A stretch of DNA of 32,000 nt from the NCBI RefSeq assembly GCF_000284455.1, contig NC_017039.1, positions 3,180,001-3,212,000 on the forward strand, in the 5' to 3' direction. The notes below the pieces were generated by a model. That model made no database searches, was not told where the DNA came from, and saw only the letters and a list, made by a program, of their open reading frames with translations. Each line of letters begins with the position of its first letter. The stretch's first letter is position 1. Shown piece by piece: positions 18,768 through 29,635 of this stretch. Position numbers and translations under genes: made by a program. The stretch comes from Synechocystis sp. PCC 6803 substr. PCC-P (GTDB taxonomy: Bacteria; Cyanobacteriota; Cyanobacteriia; Cyanobacteriales; Microcystaceae).

Positions 18768-19304
18768 TCAAATAATTTGCAAGGATTGCTCATCTTCCCA
18801 AATGCGAGAATCCACATTCAATTGGCTCAATTTGGTCCGGCCCAGATCGGCCCAGAAATTACGGTGGCGGCGATCGCCTAGGTAAACATGGTCCTCATCT
18901 TTGGCTTTGCTACAGGCTTCCACCAAGAAATAGGCTAATTGCTTGGCTGTAATATCAGAACCACTAATTTGAAAGTGAAACAATAAATCCCGCCGTTGGG
19001 GCGCAGAGCCCTGGGCATAGAGCATCGTGAAATCGTGACTAGCATGATGATCAAACATTTTCGGTCTGGGCATGGACTGGTTGCCAAAACTTTCCGTATC
19101 TGTGCCCTTAAGCTGGGAAACTAACAGTAAATGCCTTAGGTTAGGAGTGGCAGCAAGGACACCAGAATAGTACAAAATTAAAGGGGCAGTTAAATTTTGA
19201 GAAGCTTTGAAATTCCAATTGGCTTTATCGAGGGGAAAATAGGCTAAAAATTGATTCCATTCCGACATAGATGTGGGCATATTGTCACCAAAAATTACAC
19301 TCAA
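18768..19304 (-). CDS. Hypothetical protein
   Basis: 178 aa ORF on the same strand as, and upstream of, the Ap4A phosphorylase-like gene, with no competing ORF on either strand. No recognisable motif. Confidence 0.65.
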   Translation of the reverse strand: MSVIFGDNMPTSMSEWNQFLAYFPLDKANWNFKASQNLTAPLILYYSGVLAATPNLRHLLLVSQLKGTDTESFGNQSMPRPKMFDHHASHDFTMLYAQGSAPQRRDLLFHFQISGSDITAKQLAYFLVEACSKAKDEDHVYLGDRRHRNFWADLGRTKLSQLNVDSRIWEDEQSLQII

Positions 19305-19515
19305 ACCTCGATTAACTATTGTTTATTTTAGCAATCCTCTCGTCATCGCTACTAATTAATGCCAGTGCTAATTAAGCAGTGATATTGCTATTATTTTGGC
19401 GCAAACTGACCATAATAAACGTCGTTTCCATCCGGTAAATTAATCTAACCATTGTCAGTCAAGCCATTCTGCCCTAGGATAACATTCGTTATAAAGTGGA
19501 ATCCGTGAGGTTGCA

Positions 19516-20517
19516 ATGGGTCACAAATACGATGTCTATGGCATGGGAAATGCCCTGGTGGATATGGAATTTGAGGTTACCCCAGAGCAGTTGGCCAGCC
19601 TAGGCATTGATAAAGGGGTGATGACCTTGGTGGAAGAGGCCAGGGAAAATGAATTAATTGCCCAATTGGCCCAACAGCGTGGCAAGCAAAGCAGTGGCGG
19701 ATCAGCGGCCAATACTCTGGTGTCCCTGGCCCAACTGGGGGGTACGGGTTTTTATGCCTGCAAAGTGGGTAAGGATGAAGCGGGAGCCTTTTACCTCCAG
19801 GATTTGAACGATTGCGGCCTCGATACCAATCCCCACCATGAAACCGCTGGCGAAGGCATTACGGGCAAATGCTTAGTGTTTGTCACCCCCGATGCTGACC
19901 GCACCATGAATGCTTTTTTGGGCATTAGTGGCAGTTTGTCCGTAACCGAAATGGATTGGTCTGCTTTAAAACAGTCCCAATACCTTTACCTGGAAGGCTA
20001 TCTGGTCACTTCCCCCAGTGCCAAAGCGGCCTGCATTGAAGCCAAGGCGATCGCCGAACAATCCGGGGTGAAAACCTGTCTATCCCTATCCGATCCCAAC
20101 ATGGCCAAATTTTTTCAAGACGGTTTAAAGGAAATGCTGGGGTCAGGGGTAGATCTACTATTCGCCAATGAAGCGGAAGCCCTGGAAATGGCCGGTACTT
20201 CAGACCTCAACCAGGCGATCGCCTACTGTAAAAGTATTGCCAAAAACTTTGCCCTGACCAGGGGCGGAGCAGGCTCACTAATTTTTGATGGTGAGAATTT
20301 ATTGACCATTGGCACCCCCAAAGTCCAACCCATCGATACGGTGGGAGCGGGGGATATGTACGCTGGGGGATTTTTATATGGCCTAACCCATGGCATGGAC
20401 TATGAAAAAGCTGGGCAATTGGCTTCGGAAACAGCCGCCAAAGTAGTTACCTGTTATGGTCCCCGCCTAGACACAGAAATTCTGCAAGAGATTTTACAGT
20501 CTGTTCAAGCAGTTTAG
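19516..20517 (+). CDS. PfkB/ribokinase-family carbohydrate or nucleoside kinase
   Basis: 333 aa. [27 protein letters not shown] (PfkB motif 1) and [21 protein letters not shown] (PfkB motif 2). Confidence 0.9.
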
Positions 20518-20526
20518 AACAAAAAG

Positions 20527-21690
20527 CTACTTTTCTCCCAAATCATAGGAGGGACTAAGCCAGCCCTTACGCCAGAAGAAATAGAGGGATCCTCCGGCAA
20601 TTAAGAGCATCACTATCCAAGTAATATAGTAGCCCCAGCGGCTGTTTAGTTCTGGCATTTCTTTGAAGTTCATACCGTAAACCCCGGCAATAAAAGTTAG
20701 GGGAATAAAAATGGTAGAAATGACGGTCAAAAATTTCATTACTTCATTCATTTTATTGCTCATGGCAGTCATATAAACCTCCATTAAACTAGAAGCTAAT
20801 TCCCGGTAAGCTTCGATAATATCTAACACCTGAATAATGTGATCGTAGCAATCTCGAAAGTAAATTCTTACGTCTGCTGTTACGATGGAATTGGTGGTGT
20901 CCCGCAGCAGCACATTCATCACATGGCGCAGGGGCCAAATCAACCTTCTCAGGGCTAAAAGTTCCCGGCGAATATGGTAAATTTCCTCCATTAATGAGCT
21001 GTTGGGATTACGAATAATGGTGTCTTCTAGGGCTTCAATGCGTTCTTCATAATCTTCCAAGAGGGGAAAATATTCATCAATTAACATATCAATTAACAAA
21101 TAGCAAAGATAATCCGCTCCTTGTTGGCAAACTTTACCTTGATTGGTGCGAATTCTTTCCCTTAGGGGATTAAAACAATCAATAATGTGCCCTTCCTGGA
21201 AAGTTAATAGGTAACGTTTGCCCAACACAAAACTAACCTGCTCACTTTCAAAGCCATCTTCTTCCCGATTAGGACGCACCCGATGGGCAATAACCATCAC
21301 ATGGTCGTTATAATCTTCTACCTTTGCTCGCTGGGGGACGTTAACAATATCTTCTAAAAGTAGGGGGTGTAATTTAAAAATTTCCCCCACTTCCTTAAGC
21401 ACTTCTTCACTGCCTAAACCTTCAATATCCATCCAAGAAACAGTATTTGTACCTAAATAAGGTCTCAGGGCATTGGGACTAATATCCGACTTTCGCACGG
21501 CATGGCTGGGGCTATAATCCACCAACACAATGCGGGAAGGGGGCGCATCGGGTTCAATGCTGAGGGTACCCGGTTCACTACCCGGCTCGTCATAGAAGTA
21601 GTCAAAATAATCTTCTTCTTCCTCTTCTTCTTGGGGATGACGCAGTTGGCGCAGGAGAAAATCCTCAATGCCGGGTTGGGTTTGGGGCAT
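20527..21690 (-). CDS. corA: CorA-family magnesium/cobalt transport protein
   Basis: 387 aa. C-terminal two-helix region with the GMN signature (FIAGVYGMNFKEMPELNSRWGYYITWIVMLLIAGG) and the long CorA helix domain. Unusually acidic N-terminus (EEEEEEDYFDYFYDE). Confidence 0.93.
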   Translation of the reverse strand: MPQTQPGIEDFLLRQLRHPQEEEEEEDYFDYFYDEPGSEPGTLSIEPDAPPSRIVLVDYSPSHAVRKSDISPNALRPYLGTNTVSWMDIEGLGSEEVLKEVGEIFKLHPLLLEDIVNVPQRAKVEDYNDHVMVIAHRVRPNREEDGFESEQVSFVLGKRYLLTFQEGHIIDCFNPLRERIRTNQGKVCQQGADYLCYLLIDMLIDEYFPLLEDYEERIEALEDTIIRNPNSSLMEEIYHIRRELLALRRLIWPLRHVMNVLLRDTTNSIVTADVRIYFRDCYDHIIQVLDIIEAYRELASSLMEVYMTAMSNKMNEVMKFLTVISTIFIPLTFIAGVYGMNFKEMPELNSRWGYYITWIVMLLIAGGSLYFFWRKGWLSPSYDLGEK

Positions 21691-21821
21691 GGCAAAGGCT
21701 CAAGAAAACTAGTTGATTTTATCGCAGGCGGTTTAAAGTTTGTTTAACCTTTACACTTTACGATTTTGGCCGGCCTGATGGGCCAGTGGAACCAGTCAAA
21801 TTTAATTTCTGGGCAGTGAAT

Positions 21822-22571
21822 CTAAACCTTACCAAAGCGACGGTGTCTTTGTTGATAGTCTCGTAGGGCTAAATGGAATGCTTGGCGATCGAAGTCGGGC
21901 CAGAGGGTGGAGGTGACGTAAATTTCGGCGTAGGCCATTTGCCAGAGCAAAAAGTTGCTGATTCTCAATTCTCCACTGGTGCGGATAAGCAGGTCGGGAT
22001 GGGATAAACCTTCGGTATAGAGATATTTTTCCACCACCCCTTCATCAATGGTTTCTGGGTCTAATTTCCCCGATTGTACTTCCCTGGCGATCGCCTGGCA
22101 GACATGGACAATTTCTTGGCGGCCGCCGTAGTTGGTGGCCACAGTGAAGCGGATCCCCGTATTGTTTTTGGTATCTTCCATGGAGCGGGCAATTTCATCC
22201 TGGAGGGAACGGGGCAGGGAAGTCAGATTACCGACAAAACGAATGCGGACGTTTTCCGCCATCATTTCCTTTAATTCCCGCCGTAGCACCCGCTCAAACA
22301 GGGTCATCAAAAATTCCACTTCTTCCAGGGGACGGCCCCAATTTTCGGTAGAAAAAGCATAGGCCGTCAGGGCCGCAATGCCCCAATCATCGCAACAACG
22401 CAACAAATTTTTTAGGGAGTCCACCCCCCGTTGATGGCCCATAATCCTTGGCATACCCCTTTGTTTTGCCCAGCGGCCATTCCCATCCATGATGACCGCC
22501 ACATGTTGGGGTAACCGTTGCTGGTCCAAATCCGGCGGTAATGTTTCTAAGATGACAGGTTTAATAGTCAT
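21822..22571 (-). CDS. uppS: Undecaprenyl diphosphate synthase (isoprenyl transferase)
   Basis: [41 protein letters not shown] and [23 protein letters not shown]. Probable start MTIKPVILE at 22571, overlapping the upstream stop as ATGA; the ORF is open from 22631. Confidence 0.94.
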
Positions 22572-23479
22572 TTTTTGTCGTTTTGGGCAGTTGAGGAAGG
22601 CAGCCAAAGCAAACGCCTGAGTATTCCCCAACTTTGGTTACTCAGGCTACGGCTCAGGCGGCTAAGTTGGGGGGTAACGGACTCCCGCTCCGTGGGGGGG
22701 GCATATTCAGTTTCTAGCAATTCCTTTAGTTTACTGCTAGTGAGGGGACGGTTGAGATTTCCCCCCTGGGCCAGGGTAATGGAGCCGGTTTCCTCGGAAA
22801 CGACAATACAAAGACAATTTTCACTTTTTTCGGTAATGCCCATGGCGGCCCGGTGCCTGGTGCCCAACTGGCGGGATGCACTGCGTTCTGAGAGGGGCAA
22901 AATAACCCCGGCGGCTACTAAGCGGGAGCCCCTGATAAAAATGGCCCCATCGTGGAGCAAGGTTTTGGGCTGGAAAATGGTTTGTAACAATTCCTTCGAC
23001 AGCTTACTGTCAATGGCGACTCCCCGATTGAGGAAAATACGGCTGTCTAGAATGCCCTGGGCTTCCATCACCATGAGGGCGCCAATCCGATTTTGGGACA
23101 GTTCCTTGACCGCATCGACAATTTCGTCAATGGCATCGGTGCTGGGGGGGCTAGAACTACGCCGCCGCAGTAATTCTAAAAATCTCCCCTGGCCAAGCAG
23201 TTCTAAAAATCGCCTCAGTTCTGCCTGGAAGATCACTGCCAAGGCCACTGCTGTACCCAAGACAAATTTTTCCAGCACAAATTTCAACAATTCTAAATGC
23301 AGGCGATCGCTCACCAGTTGAGCCACCATCAACACCAACAGTCCCCGCATAATCCACAGGATTTGATTTTCGCCAAAGACCCGGCTTAGTAGGTAAAACA
23401 AACCGATGACTAAACCAAGATCGAGGGCGCCATGGAAAAAGGGGAGCAGGGAAGTAAGATCCGGGGGAAAGCCCGACAT
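22568..23479 (-). CDS. cdaA: Diadenylate cyclase (c-di-AMP synthase), CdaA type
   Basis: 303 aa with N-terminal TM helices. DAC-domain motifs [25 protein letters not shown] and [28 protein letters not shown]. Confidence 0.93.
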
Positions 23480-23521
23480 GGGTAAGGGGAGATGGTCGTT
23501 AGGGTGGGGGTAGGGAAAGGT

Positions 23522-24931
23522 TTAGGACAGTAGACGGTTGGGTAGACAATCCTGGCGCAATAGGTCGGTGTAGGTTTCCCGTTGCAGAATCAGGTTTGCT
23601 TGTCCTTGGTTTACTAGTACAGCGGCGGGGCGACCTAAACGGTTGTAGTTGGAAGCCATGCTGTGGTTATAAGCACCAGTGGCAGCCACTACCATAATGT
23701 CCCCTGGTTCGGCGGCGGGTAGGGCCACATCCTTAACGAGAATATCGCCGGACTCACAATGTTTCCCGGCCACGGTGACAGTTTCGGTAATTTCGTCGTT
23801 CATCCGGTTGGCTAGGGCAACGCGATACACCGATTGGTAGGTGATGGGGCGGGGATTGTCGGACATGCCGCCATCGACGGAAATATAGGTGCGAATATTG
23901 GGCACAACTTTACGCCCTCCCACCCGATAGGCCGTTACACAGGCAGACCCCACCAGGGAACGTCCCGGCTCAGCAATCAGTTTGGGGTAGGGGATGTTCT
24001 GGCGATCGCAGGCTTTGGCAACGGAGATGGCCGCCACTTGGGCCCATTCTTCGATACTGGGGGGATCATCACTTTCGGTGTAGCAAATCCCTAGGCCACC
24101 GCCGATGTTCAATTCCGTCAGGGGCAAGCCGTAGGTCAAGCCTTTGGTAAACCATTGCACTAACACTTCCCCTAAATCTTTGTGGGGTTGACGCTCAAAA
24201 ATTTGGGAGCCGATGTGGGCATGGAGTCCGAGACAATGGAGTGAGGGTTGTTGGGCAATGTAGGTGAAAACCGCTTCTAGTTGGTTGGGATCAAAGCCAA
24301 ATTTGCTGTCCAGATGCCCCGTTTTAATATATTCATGGGTGTGGCATTCGATGCCTGGGGTGAGGCGCAACATAATCTTTACCGGTGCCCCTGAGTCGGC
24401 CGCTAGTTTGGTCAGGGTTTCCAGTTCCAACCAGTTATCGACAATGATGGTGCAGTTAATGGCGATCGCCTCTTGGAGTTCCTGCACCGATTTGTTATTG
24501 CCGTGGAAGTAAATTTTTTCTGCAATCTCAGCTTCGTCCCAGCCTAATTGCTTCAGGGCTGAAACCGTGGTGAATAATTCCCCGCCGGATACGACATCAA
24601 ATCCCAACCCTTCCTGGGCGGCGATCGCCACTACGGCTAAACAACTCCAGGCTTTGGAAGCGTAGATTACTTGACTGGAACCCGGATAGTGGGCTTGGAA
24701 GGATTGACGATACTGCTGGGCCGCTTGCCGCAGGGTGGTTTCATCCAAAATGTAGAGGGGAGAACCAAACTGTTCCACCAAGGCTGGGACGGAGCAACCA
24801 CCAATTTCTAGTTCACCGTTTTTATTAATAACGGCCGTCAACGGTAAAAGATTTTGGTTGGGGGAGGGGGAGGCCGGGGTTTTTAATAAGGTGCTTCCGG
24901 TGGTTGGAAGGGGCATTTCAGTGGAGAGCAT
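23522..24931 (-). CDS. lysA: Diaminopimelate decarboxylase
   Basis: PLP-binding YASKAWSCLAV, GLHAHIGSQIF, GGGLGICY, EPGRSLVG, CESGDILVKDV and GAYNHSMASNYNRLGRPAAVLV. The ORF is open from 25027; MLSTEMPLPTTG at 24931 is the likely start (469 aa). Confidence 0.93.
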   Translation of the reverse strand: MLSTEMPLPTTGSTLLKTPASPSPNQNLLPLTAVINKNGELEIGGCSVPALVEQFGSPLYILDETTLRQAAQQYRQSFQAHYPGSSQVIYASKAWSCLAVVAIAAQEGLGFDVVSGGELFTTVSALKQLGWDEAEIAEKIYFHGNNKSVQELQEAIAINCTIIVDNWLELETLTKLAADSGAPVKIMLRLTPGIECHTHEYIKTGHLDSKFGFDPNQLEAVFTYIAQQPSLHCLGLHAHIGSQIFERQPHKDLGEVLVQWFTKGLTYGLPLTELNIGGGLGICYTESDDPPSIEEWAQVAAISVAKACDRQNIPYPKLIAEPGRSLVGSACVTAYRVGGRKVVPNIRTYISVDGGMSDNPRPITYQSVYRVALANRMNDEITETVTVAGKHCESGDILVKDVALPAAEPGDIMVVAATGAYNHSMASNYNRLGRPAAVLVNQGQANLILQRETYTDLLRQDCLPNRLLS

Positions 24932-25099
24932 GGCAGGGGGATTTTTAATACAGATAAAATTTAGTCGGACTGGTCGGACATCGGAGCTACAACAACCGGG
25001 GGCAAAGCAAAACCCTAAAAGTATCAATAACTCTTGTAATATCCCAGTTTATCAATCTTAGGGATGATTGTTTTCCTTCTTTTTTGGCTGTAACTATGG

Positions 25100-26524
25100 T
25101 CAAGGAGAGGGGGACACAATTCTTTCTGGAGTTAATTTTTCCTGCAGTTCTTGCTTAATGCGGGCCATAACGGAATTTTGATCCAAAGAGTTGAGAATAT
25201 CCCGCACCACTGTCCTTGGCCCCGTTTCTCCCCAGGCGGCCCCATTGGCTAAATAGGTTTTGGTCACTTGACCGATCGCCAAGGTGGACACTCCGGCCAC
25301 ACTAGCTTGGGTGAGGGCAACGGAAATATAGGGGGCCAAGGCCAATCCCCCGGTTAAGGGCACCGTCAAACCGAGTAAACCCTTGAGGGAACTAAGGCCC
25401 AACCCCGCCAAAAATTCGCTGGCAGTGATGCCCCCCATACTCACCCCAATTTTTTGCAACAGGGCGATCGCCGCCGTTTGGGTCATGGGCAAACCATACA
25501 GCTTGGAAAGGGAAATAATCAGAGCCACATCCACCACTGCTCCGCTGAATAAATCCAGCACGGTCACCGGATTGAGAGCAATGGCCGTCGCCTTGACCAT
25601 TACTGCTTTTTGGAGAATGGTATTGGCTTGGCTGTCCCGCAAACGCATTTTTTGTTGCACTAATTTATCATTCAGATTATCAGCACAAAGTAAAGTATTT
25701 AAAGCTACTAAAGATTTCCCTTCCCGTTGCAATAAATCAATGATTTTTAAGCGCAAATTATCAACTTTTGCTTCCCCCCGATATTGGTAACGCTCCAATT
25801 TTCCCTGGGTATTTTCCCTCAATTCTGTCACCAAGGGACTGGCAGAAACTAAGACAATTTCTTCTGGAGACAATAATTCTTTCACCCGTTCATCGCGAAT
25901 TTTTTCATAAATTAATTGCTGATCCGTCGCCGGATATTGATCAATTTTATTAAATACTAGCAACATGGGTTTGCCCACCGCCCGCAATCGGGACAAGGCT
26001 TGGAATTCCACTTGGGACATATCCCCGGCAATGACAAACAAAATTAAATCTACCTGTTGGGCCACGGCGATCGCCAATTGTTCCCGTTCTTGACCCTTTA
26101 CTTCATCAATGCCCGGTGTATCAATTAATTGTAATTGGGCATTGCCCCAACCAGAAATGGTAACGGTGGACAATCCGTCAGCTTGGTTCAGTTGCCAGGA
26201 AGCAGATTGTTGGGTCTGGGTAACACCATGGACTGGCCCAGTGGTGAAAACTTGCTCACCTAAAAGAGCATTGAGCAGGGAAGATTTCCCCCTTCCCACT
26301 AAACCAAAAGCCGCAATTTGCACTACTCCTTGGTTTAAATTTTCTAGCATGGTACAGAGGTGGCTAATTTCCTTTTCCAGTCCCTGTTTTTCCGTAGTAT
26401 CGAGATCAATTTGTTCAACGATCGCCGTCAAACTAGCCTGGGCTTGCTGATAATTTAAATCTTCTTGAATCGCGCTAATAATATCTAAAGTTTGGTCTAA
26501 ATCAGTCAAGGAATTATTATTCAT
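25100..26524 (-). CDS. GTPase with C-terminal hydrophobic domain (Era-like/DUF697-like)
   Basis: G1 GLVGRGKSSLLNALLG, G3 DTPGIDE and G4 NKIDQYP. C-terminal membrane-associated helices (VVDVALIISLSKLYGLPMTQTAAIALLQKIG). Confidence 0.85.
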   Translation of the reverse strand: MNNNSLTDLDQTLDIISAIQEDLNYQQAQASLTAIVEQIDLDTTEKQGLEKEISHLCTMLENLNQGVVQIAAFGLVGRGKSSLLNALLGEQVFTTGPVHGVTQTQQSASWQLNQADGLSTVTISGWGNAQLQLIDTPGIDEVKGQEREQLAIAVAQQVDLILFVIAGDMSQVEFQALSRLRAVGKPMLLVFNKIDQYPATDQQLIYEKIRDERVKELLSPEEIVLVSASPLVTELRENTQGKLERYQYRGEAKVDNLRLKIIDLLQREGKSLVALNTLLCADNLNDKLVQQKMRLRDSQANTILQKAVMVKATAIALNPVTVLDLFSGAVVDVALIISLSKLYGLPMTQTAAIALLQKIGVSMGGITASEFLAGLGLSSLKGLLGLTVPLTGGLALAPYISVALTQASVAGVSTLAIGQVTKTYLANGAAWGETGPRTVVRDILNSLDQNSVMARIKQELQEKLTPERIVSPSP

Positions 26525-26525
26525 G

Positions 26526-28280
26526 CTACATCCTGTCTAAAACCGGAATGCCCAATAAAGACAGACCCAATTTCAGCGTTCTGGCTGTGAGATCACAGAG
26601 CAATAAACGGGAACCGCGCTGGGGATCGCTTGCCTTCAATACTGGACAATTTTCGTAAAAACGGTTGAAAACTTTGCTTAATTCGTAAAGATAATCACAA
26701 AGGCGATTGGGTAATAAACTAATTTCCACCGTTTCAATTACGTCAGCAAATTGTAAAAGATTTTTAGCCAAAACTAACTCGGTTGGTTCAGTCAACACAA
26801 TTTCACCGCTGTCCATCTGAGCAAAATCAATGCCCCCTTCCCGACTAATACTTTGAATGCGGGCGTAGGCATAGAGCATATAGGGAGCCGTATTGCCCTG
26901 GAGAGCCAACATTTTGTCAAAACTAAACACATAATCACTGGTGCGATTTTGGCTAAGGTCGGCATATTTCACTGCCCCAATGCCCACCCGTTGGGCAACT
27001 TCCGTCTTAAATTCTTCAGTTTCTGATCGTTCTTCTGCTGTTAAACGGGTTTCTAAATCCTGTCTTGCTCGAGTTACGGCTTCCGTTAGCAAATCCTTTA
27101 AACGAATGGTGTCCCCCGCCCTAGTTTTTAGTTTTTTGCCATCTTCCCCCTTGACCAAACCAAACGGCACATGGACTACTTGAGTCGGGTCAGTCAGAAT
27201 GCCAGCTTTTTCAGCTACCTGGAAAAATTGAGCAAAATGATTAGCTTGCCCCGCATCGGTGACATAAATGATCTTCTCAGCGCCATCGGTGTTTAAGCGA
27301 TAATTCAATGCGGCCAAGTCCGTGGTGGCATAGTTATAACCCCCGTCGGATTTTTGCACTATTAACGGTAGGCGATCGCCGTCCTTATTAGTAAAGCCAT
27401 CGAGGAAAACGCATTGAGCACCGTTATCTTCCACCAGCAAATCTTTTTCCTGCAATAGTTCCACCACACCGGGCAAAAAGGGATTATAAAATGATTCTCC
27501 CCGTTCCTCAATGGTGATATCTAAGCAGTCATAAATCAGTTGAAATTCCCGTCGAGATTGCTCACAAAGTAATTGCCAAGCTTTAATACTTTTCGCATCC
27601 CCTGCCTGGAGCGCAACCACCGCTTGACGGGAAGTTTCCCGAAATTGTTCATCTTGGTCAAATCTTTGTTTAGCTTGCTTATAAAAGGTGACTAGATCGC
27701 CAATATCCAGCGCATCCGCAGTCACTAATGCCTCTGGATAAACCTCTTTTAAATAGGTAATTAACATACCAAATTGGGTGCCCCAGTCTCCCACGTGGTT
27801 GAGGCGCAAAACATCATAGCCTCGGAATTCCAGTACCCGAGCTAAACAATCCCCAATAATGGTAGACCGGAGATGACCCACATGCATTTCCTTCGCAATA
27901 TTGGGACTTGAAAAATCTACCACTATCCGTTCTTCGCCTTTAACTAATGACACTCCTAACTGTTGATTTTGCTGAAGTTTAATTAATTGTTCCCCCAGAT
28001 AATCAGGCAATAACTTGATGTTAATAAAACCTGGCCCAGCAATGGTTAACGGTTCACAAATTTCGCTTAAATTAACTTTATCCACAATCTCCATGGCGAT
28101 CGCCCGGGGCGGTTGACCCAACTGCTTAGCTAAGGGCAGGGCAATGTTGCATTGAAAATCACCAAATTTAGGATTGGAAGCCGGTACCACTAGGGGAGTG
28201 GGTAGGGTAACATCAGATGGAAACTGACCTTCCAGAGCTTGGGCAAAGTGATCATTAAGTTGGGTCAGAATCGATACCAT
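26526..28280 (-). CDS. argS: Arginyl-tRNA synthetase
   Basis: [51 protein letters not shown] (class I HIGH region) and [21 protein letters not shown]-terminus ends in ...[10 protein letters not shown]. Confidence 0.97.
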   Translation of the reverse strand: MVSILTQLNDHFAQALEGQFPSDVTLPTPLVVPASNPKFGDFQCNIALPLAKQLGQPPRAIAMEIVDKVNLSEICEPLTIAGPGFINIKLLPDYLGEQLIKLQQNQQLGVSLVKGEERIVVDFSSPNIAKEMHVGHLRSTIIGDCLARVLEFRGYDVLRLNHVGDWGTQFGMLITYLKEVYPEALVTADALDIGDLVTFYKQAKQRFDQDEQFRETSRQAVVALQAGDAKSIKAWQLLCEQSRREFQLIYDCLDITIEERGESFYNPFLPGVVELLQEKDLLVEDNGAQCVFLDGFTNKDGDRLPLIVQKSDGGYNYATTDLAALNYRLNTDGAEKIIYVTDAGQANHFAQFFQVAEKAGILTDPTQVVHVPFGLVKGEDGKKLKTRAGDTIRLKDLLTEAVTRARQDLETRLTAEERSETEEFKTEVAQRVGIGAVKYADLSQNRTSDYVFSFDKMLALQGNTAPYMLYAYARIQSISREGGIDFAQMDSGEIVLTEPTELVLAKNLLQFADVIETVEISLLPNRLCDYLYELSKVFNRFYENCPVLKASDPQRGSRLLLCDLTARTLKLGLSLLGIPVLDRM

Positions 28281-28477
28281 GGACGATGATGTTAGGGGAA
28301 GTGAACGTTAAATAATCAAAAACTAAGGGCTGGGCTGGACAATAATGCCCCATGATAAGCCCCGATGTAACCAGTATATTAGATTAGTTGCCCTAAGTGA
28401 TTTATACAATAGAATTTATCGACTATCAACACTAACTTCCAGGGTAATCAATGGCCATAAAAATGCCATATTTCCGC

Positions 28478-29434
28478 CTAATTAAGTTTTTCCAATGGCA
28501 AATATTCTAGTCCCCAAAGATCACTAACTAAATATAAAGGTCTAGCTTTTACTTCTTCATAAACCCGACCTAAATATTCCCCAATCACGCCTAAACTAAT
28601 TAACTGCACTCCCCCAAGAAATAAGATAGCCACCATTAGGGAGGCGTAGCCTGGCACATCAACACCAAGGGTTATGGTTTTCAAAATCAAAAAGCTAGCG
28701 TAGGCTAAGGATAACAGTGAAATGATTGATCCAAGGTAAGTCCAGACTTTGAGGGGAAGTAAACTAAAAGAAAAAATGCCGTCCAAAGCAAAATTCCAGA
28801 GTTTCCAATAGTTCCATTTTGTTTGTCCTTGGAAGCGGGGTTCCCGATCAAATAAAACGAAAGTTTGGCGGTAACCCACCCAGGCAAATAAACCTTTCAT
28901 AAAGCGAGTTCTTTCCGGTAGCTGCTTAATCGCATTAACCACCTTGCGGTCCATTAAACGAAAATCGCCAGTATTGGGAGGAATTTTAATTTCCGTCATG
29001 CGCCCAATCACTTTGTAAAACATTTTGGCGGTGAATTGTTTTACCCACGTTTCCCCCTGCCGTGAACGACGGGTGGCATAGACAATATCATAACCTTCCC
29101 GCCATTTATCAACTAACTCATGGATCAATTCCGGTGGATCTTGCAGGTCGGCGTCGATGGGAATAACAGCGTTGCCTTGGGCGTAATCAATGCCAGCGGA
29201 AAGGGCAATTTCTTTGCCAAAGTTACGAGACAGATTAACAATCTTAATTTGGCGATTACTTTGATAGCAATCAATTAATTGTTTGAGGGTTTTATCCTTA
29301 CTACCGTCGTTAACACAAATAATTTCGTAGGTAATTTTGAGGGGAGTCAGCACCTCCAGCAAACGGGCAAATAAATGCTCAAGGTTATCTTCCTCGTTGT
29401 ACATTGGAATCACAATAGACAGTTCAATGGTCAT
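28478..29434 (-). CDS. Family 2 glycosyltransferase (DPM1/polyprenyl-phosphate glycosyltransferase-like)
   Basis: SIVIPMYNEEDNLEHLFARL, INDGS-type VNDGSKD, VIPIDADLQDPPELI and two C-terminal TM helices. Confidence 0.9.
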   Translation of the reverse strand: MTIELSIVIPMYNEEDNLEHLFARLLEVLTPLKITYEIICVNDGSKDKTLKQLIDCYQSNRQIKIVNLSRNFGKEIALSAGIDYAQGNAVIPIDADLQDPPELIHELVDKWREGYDIVYATRRSRQGETWVKQFTAKMFYKVIGRMTEIKIPPNTGDFRLMDRKVVNAIKQLPERTRFMKGLFAWVGYRQTFVLFDREPRFQGQTKWNYWKLWNFALDGIFSFSLLPLKVWTYLGSIISLLSLAYASFLILKTITLGVDVPGYASLMVAILFLGGVQLISLGVIGEYLGRVYEEVKARPLYLVSDLWGLEYLPLEKLN

Positions 29435-29635
29435 AGATGTAACTTATTTCCTGTCAATTTAGTCAGTGCATTAACGCCGTTGCCCAATGGAGTGATCTAG
29501 TTAGAATCAATGCAGTTGGTTAATGGAACCTACTGTTACCATGCCGATCGCCAGTGGTCTATAAATAATTTCGTTCCTCGGCACTGGCTTGGGTAATTCC
29601 GTAGCATTTCCAGAATATTTCCAGAAAATTACCAT

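Noticed and set aside
18684-18881. 65 aa plus-strand ORF MSTENTARGWVLLEPSLD...
   Set aside because: About half is antisense to the 178 aa hypothetical gene. No motif and no supporting context.
22575-23321. 248 aa plus-strand ORF antisense to cdaA
   Set aside because: Fully antisense to a well-supported diadenylate cyclase. Composition is Arg/Ser rich with no recognisable motif, typical of a shadow ORF in codon-biased DNA.
25383-25790. 135 aa plus-strand ORF antisense to the GTPase gene
   Set aside because: Antisense to a motif-bearing GTPase, no conserved features of its own.
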